Below, piece by piece: positions 50,482 to 63,045 of a stretch of 64,000 bases of DNA. The translations under genes were made by a program, and so were the position numbers. The notes beneath the pieces were generated by a model. That model was not told the origin of the DNA, did not search any database, and was given only the letters and a program-made list of their open reading frames with translations. Source of the stretch: Takakia lepidozioides (lineage: Eukaryota > Plantae > Bryophyta); the NCBI GenBank assembly GCA_030704615.1, contig CM060732.1:41912001-41976000 (forward strand), given 5' to 3'. The first letter of the stretch is position 1. Every line of letters starts with the position of its first letter.

Positions 50482-52652
50482 GGCGGACTCGGCCGGATTT
50501 CTACATATGGCTGCAGAGTTGGCGGCGGCAATCCCAAGCATAAGGGACTCCAAGTGTGGTGTATAGGTGTATAGGTCCCTGTTATCTCCTAGGTTAGGTA
50601 TGTCACCTAGGTGTCAGGGTGCACCAGGCTATTAGGCAGAAACTAAATTATTTACTAAAATAGAAATTTACCTTAAATCATCAGGTAGGGCACCCTGCAC
50701 ATGGATGGGAAGCCTCTCTGAGACGTCCAGCCCCCTTTGGTTGATTTTATTTTTTGGGCCGACATGGGCGACATGCCACCTAACTTCATTTATGCCGTTA
50801 GATGTATACAAGCTTGTTATGCTCCATTGGATTTATTCTAATACAGGTTTGGGCAGTTCCTAGAGGGGTGATTTGGCAGGTTTGCATTTGGAGAATTATG
50901 CCAAGGGTGCCCTTGTGGTAATAATCCTCCAGTCATTGTTAGCACAACTAGTCGTCTAAAACTCGACATTTGTCATTGATCAACTCGATTTTGTCTAGAA
51001 GGAGACTCTCTTATCCACTAAGGCTGCAAATTAAGGTGGTACCAACCATATATTATATAAAGATGCAGCCAATGAAAAAATGGATTACATCCTCAGCATC
51101 CCCGCACAAAATCTGGGCCGTTGAAAAACCTCAGATTCATTCAGTAATGAATTAAGTAAAGCCGAAACCCATAAAAACAAGCGGCTAGATGCGTATGGCT
51201 CCTCTTTGCGAATAGTGAAATCTATTTTCACCTGAAAATTCATCCATTTATTCTTCATAAATTGTTCAATAAGAAAGATGTTATCTGAGGGAGGTATTAC
51301 CTTGAGAAGCATACAGGAAGTAGTTTTTAGCAAAAGAGAGGAGGTAACACTTGGGGAAGGTACAACAGGGGCTTATCCTTTTTTGACACTGATGCGTAGT
51401 CTTTACTGAATAAAGACGACCCAATAAAAGAATTGTTTCCAAATTCTCAATAAAAGGTTCGGCTAGCCAAATAGCCTAGTAGCATATGACATGCAAAATG
51501 ATACCATCATTATCCAGAAAGAGATAACATTAGAAAGGAAGGTTATGTCATGGAGGTTATTTTTTCCTCCTTTTAATACATTGGCCTACCCCTCAGGCCT
51601 TGCACAAAAAAAAAGTTAAAAAAAAAAGCTTTTTTATTGAATCAGTAATCAGAACAGGTACTAGGTAGTAGCAGATTGCAAGGGGGGCTACCGAACTAAA
51701 CAGTTAGCTTGACCTGAACTTAATGTGGGTCAATCGTCCAATCATCGTTGCTTTCCATGCCATATCCCCAAAACTTAAAGCTAATGTTTATAACTAATGT
51801 ATCACATTCCGAAGTTGGGAATAATAAGGTGTTGCCCCTGATGTTTGAAACTAGGTATTTTGACATGCAGCCAGTTTTCCATGGTGCCGGCTCGTTGAGG
51901 TGGCACTGTGGACGACGGCGACAATGATGGATTCCCGGCGGCATTGTTGACGGCTGCTGTGATCTCTCACCCGGCAACAACGGTGGCGGATACCGTGTCT
52001 CCATCACCCCGGATTTGTCAAAACAAGAATGCACAAAGTGAGCAGGCATCTTTCATTATCAATCCAATAGCATTAAACTTTTGAACTGCCCTCTATTTGC
52101 GACCAATGGTCAACCCATGAGAGGGGCAGTAGCCGCAAGGTGACGTGGCTCTTATTACTGCCGGAGCTATGGGGCAGCTCAAAGATCCAGAGCAGCTCAA
52201 AAGGAATCCTTAGAATATCACATTTGGCATTTCCCAGGAGTGTTGGCAGCAGCTTACAGAGTGACGGGCTTGGTCAGCGAGGGGGAAGAAGAGTGTCTTC
52301 AAGCATTTGCATGATTGACTGGGCACATGGCCAACGACCCACTTTGTGGGCTACCTCGCTCACGCAATTGCTTACGCTTGTATTTAGCAGAGTGGGCTGC
52401 TTGATGTCTTTGTACATCCTTTGTTGCCTCGTAAGTTTCATTCTGCATGTTTTGTCGTAAGAGGTGAGCACAGCGAAGAGGATGCAGGAAGCTCGATGTG
52501 GATTGATACACGCTACTTGCGCTGCGGGATGATTTGATTGCATGAAGAGATATGTAGACAGAAGTAGGGGAGAAGATCTTGGAAGGCACAATTGTAGTTG
52601 CATTTGAAGCTGTTGAGATCACTGGGTAAGGCCTTGCGTCACAGCGAACCCC

Positions 52653-54650
52653 ATGTCTTTGTGGCTGAGGTTACGGAAGCGCATCCGAGGGGGCAAGGGA
52701 AAGTCTAAGCAAAATGCATGCGCATCACAGGGCGCCGAGAAGCTTGCTGCATTCACCGATGAGCTTCAGGAAAAAAGGACATCGTTCGCTGAGAGGAAAG
52801 GCAGCTCCGTGTCGGGGGCCAGATGCTTAGCCAGGTCTGAAAATGGGTGGGAAACCCACTTGTATTCCCCTACCACAAGCAATTCTGAAGAGTTTTACAA
52901 GGCCTGGGATCATGGGCTTTCTTCTGTTCTTCTCAATTTGGATTCTTCTATCTCAGATGTCTCCGTGGCGTCTCATTCTTTCTCGAAGTTGGAGAAGGTT
53001 GTGCGTGACACTGAGGCAAGGGTGTCTGAGGAAGGTCCGATACATGTGGATAATGCAAGGGTTACAAGTGAAGAGGTCGTGGAGTGTAGGGACGATCAGC
53101 CAGCCAATGCAACTAAGATTGGAATGCCAGGGCTACCAGTGAAGGCTGTGAGATTGAGCAAGCGGAGGAGAGGATTGGCAATGCGCATGCGCAAGCAAGG
53201 ATGGAATTACGCCTCAAATTCGGCTGTAGCCTTGCTTACGAACATGGCGGACTTAAAGGGCCTTTTAGCAGCCGCATTCGCATTCATCGCTGTGATCCGG
53301 AGATGGCGAATGGGAAACTTTTATTTCAAGCTCCTTTTCTCTGCAATCGCTAAGTATGTCCTCGGTCCCTTGCAGTCTGCTCGAGCAACGAAGCGTCTGG
53401 GCCTAGGGTCCGGCCTGTCCAAGACAAGGAAAGATTTGTGGAATACGTTTTCAGAGACTTCCATTATCCAGCCTTCTAGTGAAATAGTCCATGGACAAAA
53501 TGTTCCTGTGGTTTCCATGGAGTCCTCTCCAGTCCAGTCGTTCACTCCATCTCATGTGGTTATGCCGTCCTCTATATCTGAGCTCAATTTGAAGCCAGTG
53601 ACTCCCAGAACGGAATCACTTTCCCGAACATCCTCACTCGAAAGTGACTCTTCGACACGCAGTGGGAGGATGCTCGGTTTGAAGTTCAATTCTAAACTTT
53701 TGAGGTCTTTGTCATCAACCAAGGTGGCACCTGGTGATAGCCCATCTTTCGCATCTGCCAGCCTCTTGTCACAAGATGGTAACAAGTATTTCGCATGCTC
53801 ATCCGCTGGCAGTGAGTATAGCGAATCAGATGCTGGATCCTCAGTACCCCCATGCTCGAATTTGAAGCCAGTGACTCCCAAAACAGAATCACTTGCCCGA
53901 CCATCCTCACGCGGAAGTGACTCTTCGACACACAGTGGGAGAAGGCTCGGTTTGAAATTCAAGTCTAAACTTTTGAGGTCTTTGTCATCACCCAAGGTGG
54001 CACATGGTGATGGCCCATCCGTTGCATCTGCCAGCATCTTGTCACAAGATAGTAACAAGTATTTCACACGCTCATCCGCAGGCAGTGAGCATAGCGACTC
54101 AGACACTGCATCCTCGCTACCCTCATGCTCGAATTCGTTCAGGCAGCAATCGTCCAAACCCTCAAGGAAGTCTGGGGAAGGGACAAGGCAGAAACTGGAT
54201 AGGAAACCACGTGTCCTTGGGAGTTCAAAGCGAAGGAGTAGGAGATACACATCTCTGGTAAGTAAGTCAACAAATGACAGTAACTTGGGACTAGCAAGTA
54301 CTTCCCAAACAGAAGAGAAGAAAGAGGTCACCAGAGGCAAAGGGCGTGAGACATTGCCGGCTGTTTCCTTGCTTGTTGCACTGGTGTTCCTTACAGTAGG
54401 CTGTATCCCTGCTGTTCTAGCAACTACTTCTTGCTTCTTGCTTCTCTCTCAGCTGCATAAAAGCAGAGCTGGCAGAGGACCGGCACGAGATAAAGATGCC
54501 AACAGGCGGGCAATGAAATCTTCAAGGAAGTTGAAGAGAGAATCAATTCCTCCAAGCACCCATGCGAAAGCTGAGGCCTTCTCAATCGAGAACCGGAATC
54601 GGGTCATCATGAGGGGGTTGCTTGACAGAAGTCGGCGAAGCAGCAGCTGA
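52653..54650 (+). CDS. Ser-rich membrane protein, At5g23160-like family, 665 aa, single ORF
   Basis: Uninterrupted ORF; hydrophobic SLLVALVFLTVGCIPAVLATTSCFLLL and terminal NRNRVIMRGLLDRSRR resemble the recalled family signature (WGRxxAIxxT...KKVVLEGLLER). Confidence 0.75.
   Translation: MSLWLRLRKRIRGGKGKSKQNACASQGAEKLAAFTDELQEKRTSFAERKGSSVSGARCLARSENGWETHLYSPTTSNSEEFYKAWDHGLSSVLLNLDSSISDVSVASHSFSKLEKVVRDTEARVSEEGPIHVDNARVTSEEVVECRDDQPANATKIGMPGLPVKAVRLSKRRRGLAMRMRKQGWNYASNSAVALLTNMADLKGLLAAAFAFIAVIRRWRMGNFYFKLLFSAIAKYVLGPLQSARATKRLGLGSGLSKTRKDLWNTFSETSIIQPSSEIVHGQNVPVVSMESSPVQSFTPSHVVMPSSISELNLKPVTPRTESLSRTSSLESDSSTRSGRMLGLKFNSKLLRSLSSTKVAPGDSPSFASASLLSQDGNKYFACSSAGSEYSESDAGSSVPPCSNLKPVTPKTESLARPSSRGSDSSTHSGRRLGLKFKSKLLRSLSSPKVAHGDGPSVASASILSQDSNKYFTRSSAGSEHSDSDTASSLPSCSNSFRQQSSKPSRKSGEGTRQKLDRKPRVLGSSKRRSRRYTSLVSKSTNDSNLGLASTSQTEEKKEVTRGKGRETLPAVSLLVALVFLTVGCIPAVLATTSCFLLLSQLHKSRAGRGPARDKDANRRAMKSSRKLKRESIPPSTHAKAEAFSIENRNRVIMRGLLDRSRRSSS
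53586..54131 (+). repeat. In-frame 273-bp (91-aa) tandem duplication within the CDS
   Basis: AATTTGAAGCCAGTGACTCCC at 53586 and 53859; NLKPVTP...PPCS / NLKPVTP...PSCS. Confidence 0.95.
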
Positions 54651-57098
54651 TTATTCCTCCGAGATCCTCTGAGGAGAGGGCATGATTGGCTCAGACCTTT
54701 GGAAAGGAAGCGGTTGGTGAAAATTCATCATTGTACACATCTCAGCTGGAGCTCTAGGCCGTGGGTCACTGTTTGGTAATTCTCGTGTACCCAACAGATT
54801 GATCCTCTCATCCCAGGATCACCCATGGACTGAAGGAGAAGCCATGTATAGAGTGCAAAGCAGTGAAGGGACAGACGTCCTTGGCAGTTAAAAAACATGC
54901 CACAAGTCTAAGTGTATAGATCTCAAAAGAACACGACAACCATAGTCACTCATCAGCGAAACTTGTCCATACACAACCCTGCAAAACATGGAGCTCCCAT
55001 GACTCAGGAGCTACAACGCAGCACGCAGTGTCAGCGTGTTATTCTTTACCTGCACAATCCTGAACCCAATTGGCACTCTTGTCAAGTGCCTTCTTGGAAT
55101 ATGGATGTCTTGCTCACATCGAGCTCTCATTCAGTCAAACGTTGGCACGCATTCAGATAAGTTGGGAAGGGTTGCAGCCAACTCAAACAAACAGTAGGTT
55201 GCATGAAATCCTGCTTTATACAATTCTCTGACAAAGATCAAACACACGCCAAAGTGATTGGGTGCAGCTGTATCCACAGTTGCTTCTGTCTGTGTCTGTG
55301 TCTGTGTCTCTCTCTCCATTCATTCTTTCTCTCTTGCTCCTGGGTTCAATCCTGTGTTTTTCCTTGGTGCCGAGTCAAATCTGGACAGGAGCAGCTTAGC
55401 AGGGAATGGCAAAACAGAAGGCCCTCCCTCCCTGCACTGTTTTGCAGCCTTCAACTACCCCATGCCACAGCATAGCTTATGGAAATGAGGTGCCATTCAC
55501 CTGGGCAAATAGTCAGCCCTTATCCCCTTGATCAGTCATTGAAGCGTGCATTTCAACCTTACTATTGTTGGGCTTCTGTGACAACTGCTGATAAGTTCAG
55601 GCATAGGATGCAAATTACGAGTACCCTCACATATTTCTGTTGAGTCCACATCATAGTCATTCAGTATTTTCGGATGTGGGGCTATCACATGACGACTTTG
55701 TCAGCCAGCATGGAGCACAAACCATCGCCTACCCAACTGCTGCTAGAAGGTAGGAATCTGAGTACTGCGGGCACCAGAAGCATGTTTGCAGTTCATACGC
55801 ATAAGCCAAATTAAACCTCTGAGAGAAGAAAGATACAAGAACTGAACTGTGTAAACAGACCGACAGGGTTTTCTATGGACACTTGGCATATAACTCGAAT
55901 GTACCCTTTGGAGCTAGTCCATTACAGTGATTGCACTACCCTGCACAGTCTGAGGACCTAGCAAGGGATGAGAACGTGCTTAATGACTGTTAGTCCTCGT
56001 GAAACATGAATCCTCCAAGAGCCAATCATGGTATTTGCAAACAATACCCCCTAATTTTTTGGGGAGGCATATTTGCTTCCAAGATACTTGGGGTCTTTTG
56101 CGATTTGAGTGTGAGTCTTTGGCCCCCCCCAGACAAAGTTCCTAAGGAGAGCTCTGATCTGCTTTTTGTGTCAAGTTTAAAAAACATGTCCCCTGTTCTT
56201 TAAAAAACAAAAACAAAAACAAATATAGGCAATTTTGGTGTTGGATGAAATAGTGCGTTATAGTAGTTACTGACATCAATAATACACTGGGCATTTTATT
56301 GATTGACATGCGGGTAGCAATAACGCTTTTTGAATAATTGGGAGTTTAAGTGAGGCGGGCCCATTCACGAATGTCGGGATGCCCCCCCATGCACCCCACA
56401 ACCACCTGTGGGTCCGGGTCTCGGTCTCGTAGGTTGGGTCTGCTCACTACTGGCCCAGGACTTAGAATTTATGGCGGGAAAACTCACCCATCAAAAAAAG
56501 AGTCTTTAATACACATTCTGACCAGCAAGAACCATCATTATAATGCACATCTGATGTAGCCAAAGTTGTACTCATAACCTCATAGTTATCGCTCCATGTA
56601 TCCTACCACCACACTACCCACCACTAACTACCTTACCATTTTTTTATATCTTAACCTAGAAAACAACCGCAGTCAGCCCCAATGCCGCCTAGGGTCTGGG
56701 CCTGCGGACCCTACCTTGCGATAGACCATACTTGGTAGCAGACCCATTCCCACGACAGACCCACCCAGGTGAGTCTTGCGGCATACCATACTTGGCGGCA
56801 GACCCACCCGGGCCGGGTCATGGGTCGCGACAGGGCCACCTAAATTTCACCTCCCGAGAAAGGGCAAGACATTCTCTTGATTCCTACTGCAACCTCCCCT
56901 GTGTTTACACTTTGTCAGTGACTCTTAAGTTCCCAAAAGAAAGCATAAAAATACACAGCACTCCTTCGGAAGACATTTAGTTGCAGCTTTTCAGTATTCC
57001 TTTTGTTTGAATTAGTTCGGGAAGCACCATTAATCTTTGAGTTTTACGTTTTGTTTGTTTACTTGATATTACGATGCGCAGTGTCATTGTGCATGCAG

Positions 57099-57863
57099 AT
57101 GGAGACAATCCAGGAGGAAGAGTTGATTACTTATAGCCCAGGGGTACTCGATGACCTCTTTTTATCGGTGTTCAGGGGCAAAATGGTAGAGGTGAGTAGA
57201 CTCTTGCCAGATTCCTTTGTGAATATTGAGCAGGATTTCTCTTCCCCCTCGATTTCCCTTGCTCGTTGCGAGAGCATTCTTCTGTAGAACTCAAACCTAA
57301 ACATTGGCCATTGTTTTTATACGATTTTGTTACTAACCAATGTTTTAATGTTCGCCGCATATGGATGTACTAAGATGCATATTATATATGTGGAATGAGC
57401 AAGGGTGGTGATGATGTGTTGAAGAGCTTTGAGTTAAGGCAAAGCATTGGTGCAGGAGGTCGGGTGGGATTCTGTGAAACCTGGTTATGATGGTCTCATT
57501 GATGTGGCCAAGCGGGGTCTGTTGGCACACCACCACACCAATGAGACTGAACAAGCCACGGTATGTTCCTCATTCTGTGGCCAACGTCTCAAAAATTGTG
57601 TTACCGGGATGAATTTCTAAGACTCTACTAGGCTATGGCATTGATACCACCCCACTCATAGTGTTCACCAACAAGCTTAGCTGGGAAGCAGGATTGCATT
57701 GAGTTGGTCCACCTTTGCACTGGAAGGAGGGGGCATATAATGTGGAGCCTTGGGTGATTGCAGGTACGCATATTAAGGTCCTTGTTTCCATCTTGGTTCC
57801 TGGCATTATTTAAGCGCCTGATAGCTCCCCTTGGAGGACAGAAGCCAGCTGCAATGCTATGTG
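57099..57863 (+). pseudogene. DWARF27-like (beta-carotene isomerase D27-like) fragment, three intact exons
   Basis: Exons 57099-57191, 57456-57560, 57764-57863 splice in frame: YSPGVLDDLFLSVFRGKMVE/EVGWDSVKPGYDGLIDVA/VRILRSLFP..LIAPLGGQKPAAML. No intact TCQWLMG or Cys-rich exons found downstream. Confidence 0.8.
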
Positions 57864-58322
57864 GTACTGCACTCTTGTTTTCTAATGGACCATTTCATAT
57901 CTTGAGGGTGAAAGAGAAAGATTCAAAGTTTGTATTTCCAGTGGTGAGGAGAAGGAGAGATCCACCATTGTACTTGAGTGCATAATCCAGGTATGATATA
58001 ACTCGAGCTGGTTGGAGGTTACAACCCACTGGGGTATGAACTGATCCAGAACCTAGGTCATGCCCAGAGTCAGCAGGGGGAAGCTCAGAGAGAGTCTGGT
58101 GTGTGAATTTAGTCTTGCATGTGTCCGTCTTCGTTCTTGTGCCTTTCTATCTTCTTTTGCCATAGCGATCGTGCAGAACAGCTACAATACAGTTGCACAG
58201 CACTCAGTGGTGATTCAAGCAGTGCACTACAAGATAATTTGCCAACTTGAATGCCAATCTTCACATTGTTGGTGAATTGTGAATGGCTCAGTATATCCAT
58301 CCAAAGCATGTCCAGGTTCCAC

Positions 58323-61300
58323 CTATGCTGACAAATCTGCAGACTTCAATTGCTGTGATGTGCTAGGTGAGTCCTCCAGAAGCTTCTTCAAATAATATTT
58401 GGATCCCCGTGCTAGGTTGACTCGCATACGGCGTTTAGCAGGGATCGCATCGAAAGAACCCTGAGAAAAACCCCGCTGCACAAACCTGCACCCGCGACTT
58501 CCCAATAATATATTAGACTTGTTTTGATTTCTGCAGGGCTCATTTTGCAGGTGACTTGCAATTATTTACTTGGGCAATGAGAATAAAGCTTCAGAATGTA
58601 ATTTTGGGGAATATTGGGGTTTAAGGACTTGAAGAAGTCATTTGAACTTCAAGTTCAGTTTGAACCAACCACTATATAAGACATAGAAGGCCATATTACA
58701 CAATTTTGAGACTGAATTGGAGACTGCAAACTTAGAAATTTTTTAGCGGTTGAAGACTCGACATTTGAAATCTGACGCTGTGTTTGAAGTGTGAGCTCAG
58801 AACAGGAGGGGTGGAAATAATGTTGTCCAATTAAGAGATCCAAGACACAAGTTTCATGGAAGAAACTAGACCAACCATCTAAGATCTGGTGCCACATATC
58901 AAAGCATTGGTGTAGCAACAACCGACACTCCACTTTTACAAGTTAGCAGTTTTGAGAGTTCAACCAGCGTAATGTGGAAGCCGTTTCAACATTTTCAAGA
59001 AACTACAAATTTGTGTAAATCTGTAGTCCAACAAAGGGGTGGGTTCCGAAGACAAAAGAAAACAAGAAGAAATTTTCATGAGACATGGTAAGGTTGATGA
59101 GGTAAGGGAGCTGACCAGTCAGCGGTGCGGGTGGTGAGAAGAAAGAGTTGTTCCAGACCAATTTTTGCAGCTTTCTTCTCTATGTAATCTGCACAGGAGA
59201 AACCTAAAACCCACGGTCACTTTGGCACTACCATTGAAGTACAGATATTCCAAAACAGCTTAAGATTGAGCTATAAACAGGTCACTTTTGTGGCTCAGTT
59301 ATGAACCAAAGCTCATATCCGTGACCACGAACAAACATCGTGCACTTCTGCTGTGCACAATTGGCCCACTTCTTGTTATATACAAGCAAGTGGGTTCAAC
59401 AAGATAGTACGATTTGCTAGTCATAAGATCTCTGATGTGTTTCATCTTTTCCTATTCCCCCAGTTTGATATTCTTGTTCAACGTTCATACACCCAGGCCG
59501 TGATGTCAATTTAACATTCGTGACCAAGCATACCAAATTTAATGGCATGCCAATCCTCAAAAGTTTACAAAGCCTGCACACAAAGAAGCAGACCCATCGA
59601 TGCAGAATAGCAGGATGTCTATGAGCATTCAAAAGCAACCTAGATGACAGACAATTCGTATGGAAGAGGCTGGCTTGTGGCTGGGCACCTTTAACTTCTA
59701 TGGGCTGAATATCAAAGGAAATCTTAAGTGGGACAAGTTCTTCAAGCCATTGGCATTCACATTTGTGCTGGCCAAGAGACATGGGAAACTAAGGACAGGA
59801 TGGTTGGAGATGTTGTTGGCTATAAGTGGTGCCCTCAAGCACTAATTGCGTTTGAGAGAATAAAGGAGTCGAAAATAAAGACTTTCTTGGCTGGCCTCTG
59901 CAAAGAGTGATAAAAAAGGAGTGGGGTTCTTTGTCTGTGATTTCCTGTGTGATAATTGTAAAATCACTAACAAGGAACTTCAGTACGAATACAGTTATTT
60001 CCCTGAGAGACTGAAACTGAAGGGCGGTATGAGGGCTAAGGACCTCTTTGTAGGATGTGTCTACATGCCTACAGAGGGAGCCCTTAGTGTGGATGCTGAT
60101 ACAGCCTTCCAGGAAGTTAAGCTTGATTGTGCTAAGTTCCTTACCAAAGGCCACCTGGTCTTGGTAGGAGACTTGAATGCCCAGCTGCAAGGGTCTACAA
60201 GAGGATGAAGTCATTGGGATTTTGGCAAGGATGAGCATAATTCCAACGGCAAGCGGCTTACCACTTCCCTGGATTCAGCTTTTGAACTTTAACAAAAGGT
60301 CAAAAGAAGACCCTTTGCACTGGTCTTGTGGAAAAGCCGAACTGGGAGCAGTCCATTGTGGATTATATCATAGTGGGTAAGGAGTTGTTTTCTCCATGTG
60401 CCAAAGTGTTGGTTGAGAACTGATATTGGTACTTCTGACCACTTTCTTGTCTGGACTGAGATCAAAAGATGTTTTCTTAACATTGATAGATCTGTGAAAC
60501 GTTCAATTCAAAAAGTGGAGCAAAGAAATTCCGGAGGGAAGAGGTCAAGATAGCATATGTCCAGGCATTGAAAGCGGCTCTACCACCCTTCATCAAATCG
60601 CTCCAAGATCTCCCCACCTGACTGGGTGACGCAAGAAGCAAGGTTGAAATGTGAAGGTGCAGGGAATTGGTAGACCAATGAGATCAATCTTGAGATTGCC
60701 TAGAGACGGGTGCTTTGTATGGACTGCTGTAATATCAAAGATCACAGAGAGCTGTGGTCTATATATAACCAGCTGCAAAAAGATGTAAATCAGCTAGTGA
60801 AGGCTCAGAAGAAAATGTGTTGGGGAGGTTGTACACGGTGGTAATGACAAAGGATTCTGGTTGGCCTTACGTATCTGGACACGCTGAAAAATGGTCAGCA
60901 AGTACACTTTAAGGAATAACAAGGGTGCAGTGACGACTCCTAAGGATCAGGTTGTGAAAACCTTTAAAAACACACTACAGCCGTCTTGGCTGTGAATCTA
61001 ACTCTAATAGTGAAGAGCTGTTCCTACCATCCAAGACAGCCCCGATGAACTGGAGTATATCACAACGGGATACAACGAACCCATTAGTTCTTCTGAGATT
61101 GCTGAAGCAGTAGAACATCTTAAGGGCTATTAAAGCTGGTGGGTGTGATAGGATCATCAACGAGCTAATTAAGCATCGTGGCGATCCTATGGTCCAGGCT
61201 CTTGTCCTCCTCTTTACCCTAATTTGAAAGACTGAAATGATACCAAGAGAGGATGTCATTGTTAATCTGTATAAGAAAGGCCACAGAGCAGAGCCTGGGA

Positions 61301-63045
61301 TTACCGTGGCATTACACTTCTTCGCACAGGTAGCAAGCTGTTTTGTAGGATAATAAGCACCTGTCTCAAGTTGATTTAGAGTCTAGAAGTCTTTTCCATG
61401 AAGGTCAGGCTGGCTTCCGGAGAAATAGGGCCTGTGCCGACCATTTCTTTACCCTCAGCCAGGATATACAGGGAAGGAAAACAAAGGAAACCCCACCTTT
61501 GTCTTCTTCCTTGATGTAAAAAATGCTTATGACACGGTACGGCGCGACGGACTTCGTCAGTGGTCTTCTGGGGTCAGTGGAACCATGTGGAGCATGGTTC
61601 ACAACCTGTATGCGAACACCAAAAGCTGTGGTAAACGGCCAGAAGTCTAATTTCTTTGACATTGACCAAGGTGTAACTCAAGGTTGTACCTCTCCACTCT
61701 GCTCTTCAATGTTTTCATTATTCAGCTCCTTGAAGATGTGGAAGCGAGGGATTTGGGTCAAAGGTGGGTGATTGCCCCCTACTAGCTCTTATGTTTGAGG
61801 ATGACATGTGGTGATGGCCTTCCATGATCGTGGGGAGGGAGGAGGGGATCTCAAACAGAAAGGGAGAGTGAAGAGATCCCCATGCTCACTTTAGAGTACG
61901 CATCATGCTAAAACCCTGCTTAAATTTTAGAATCCATTCAGCTTTCAGTGCTCAAAGAGAGCATGTCGGCATGCTATGGAACAGCTAACATGGCTGTTCC
62001 GGGCGAGTTTGGCGTACTATCCTTGAGCTCTCATCTTGACGAGTTCAAGGTCAGATGGTGGGGTCGGTTGATGCCTAATACCAGATACCCTAAGATGATC
62101 GACTCTATTTCTCGGAATAACCGTCCTGTTAAACAGGCCGAGTCCGGGTGGAAAAAGGTGGAGGAGATTTTCAAGCAACCTGATTAGTAGGCAGGAAGAA
62201 CTGACCCTGCTAGATGAAGTGACTTGGAGGATGGAGTGCCTAAGGCCATGTCGGAAGCATGAAGAATGTCCAAATAAACAAAGTTAGGCATAAAACTCCC
62301 TGAACTTGTTTCCAGTTTGTGACACGGGTGAGGACTGGGGACCTTAAGGATAATCTGAAGGGCCTACCTACCCTCGGCACTGGACTGAAAATTAAACTCC
62401 GGGTGGGGAGTCTACCTTCGAACAATTAGAGGAAAGGGAGATTGTCAATGCCCACATGTGGGCAGCCTGAAGACAATAACCATTTTCTGACGTCTGGGGT
62501 ATTCTCATGCAACCCTCTTCAGGACCATCAAGAACATAGTCATTCAAATCTCGAGGCTGAGCCTTAAGCTCTGGCACTGTTGGGATTGGATTGCCGGGCA
62601 GCTCACACACAGCAGATTGATGCTTGTGTGAAGGGCTTTCTAGAGGAAATGTGGATAGCCCAAACCAATCGTTTACACGAATGTAAGTCCCACTTCTAGA
62701 GTGAGCCCCTCACAAAGGTACTGTCTGTACTTGTTCCGCCCAAACTGGGCACGGGGTCTATGGCCAGAAGGGGACTGCAAACATGAGTATATTCTCTCTC
62801 ACACACATCAGGCCACGGCACACAACGTCTTATGAGTACATTCTCTCACACGTACACACGAAAACACATATCTCGAAAGACACACCGAGCAAGTTGTCCC
62901 CACGTCCATGGCCACGGCACTCAGGGGCAACAGCAAAAGCTGCAACTTCTCCGCTTTTTTCTGCAAAGTATGGGAATAAAGCGGCGCACGCAATTATTGA
63001 GCCATCCCTCTCAACCACCGTGTATGCTTCTATCTCCTGCAGCAG
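58323..63045 (-). CDS. NAGS: N-acetylglutamate synthase, last three exons (GNAT domain); gene enters from the right edge
   Basis: Exons 63045-62886 (VVERDGSIIACAALFPY..GEVAAFAVAPECRGHGRGDNLL), 59188-59116 (DYIEKKA..LFLLTTRTADW), 58485-58323 (FVQRGF..IPAKRR..SKYYLKKL..*); phases consistent. Confidence 0.95.
59655..62850 (+). mobile_element. Decayed RTE/RTEX-like LINE (EN plus RT) filling a NAGS intron, antisense
   Basis: GTFNFYGL, GQETW, VGCVYMP, VGDLNA, VDYIIV, SDHFLVW (EN); YRGITLL, QAGFRRNRACADHFFTL, FLDVKNAYDTV, GVTQGC.SP, FEDD (RT); two tandem 3' ends at ~62790 and ~62840. Clade assignment tentative. Confidence 0.85.

Noticed and set aside
53552-54340. 262-aa minus-strand ORF
   Set aside because: Antisense shadow of the Ser-rich plus-strand CDS and its duplication.
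56345-56845. GC-rich MITE-like element upstream of the D27-like fragment
   Set aside because: Terminal similarity is weak and there is no TSD.
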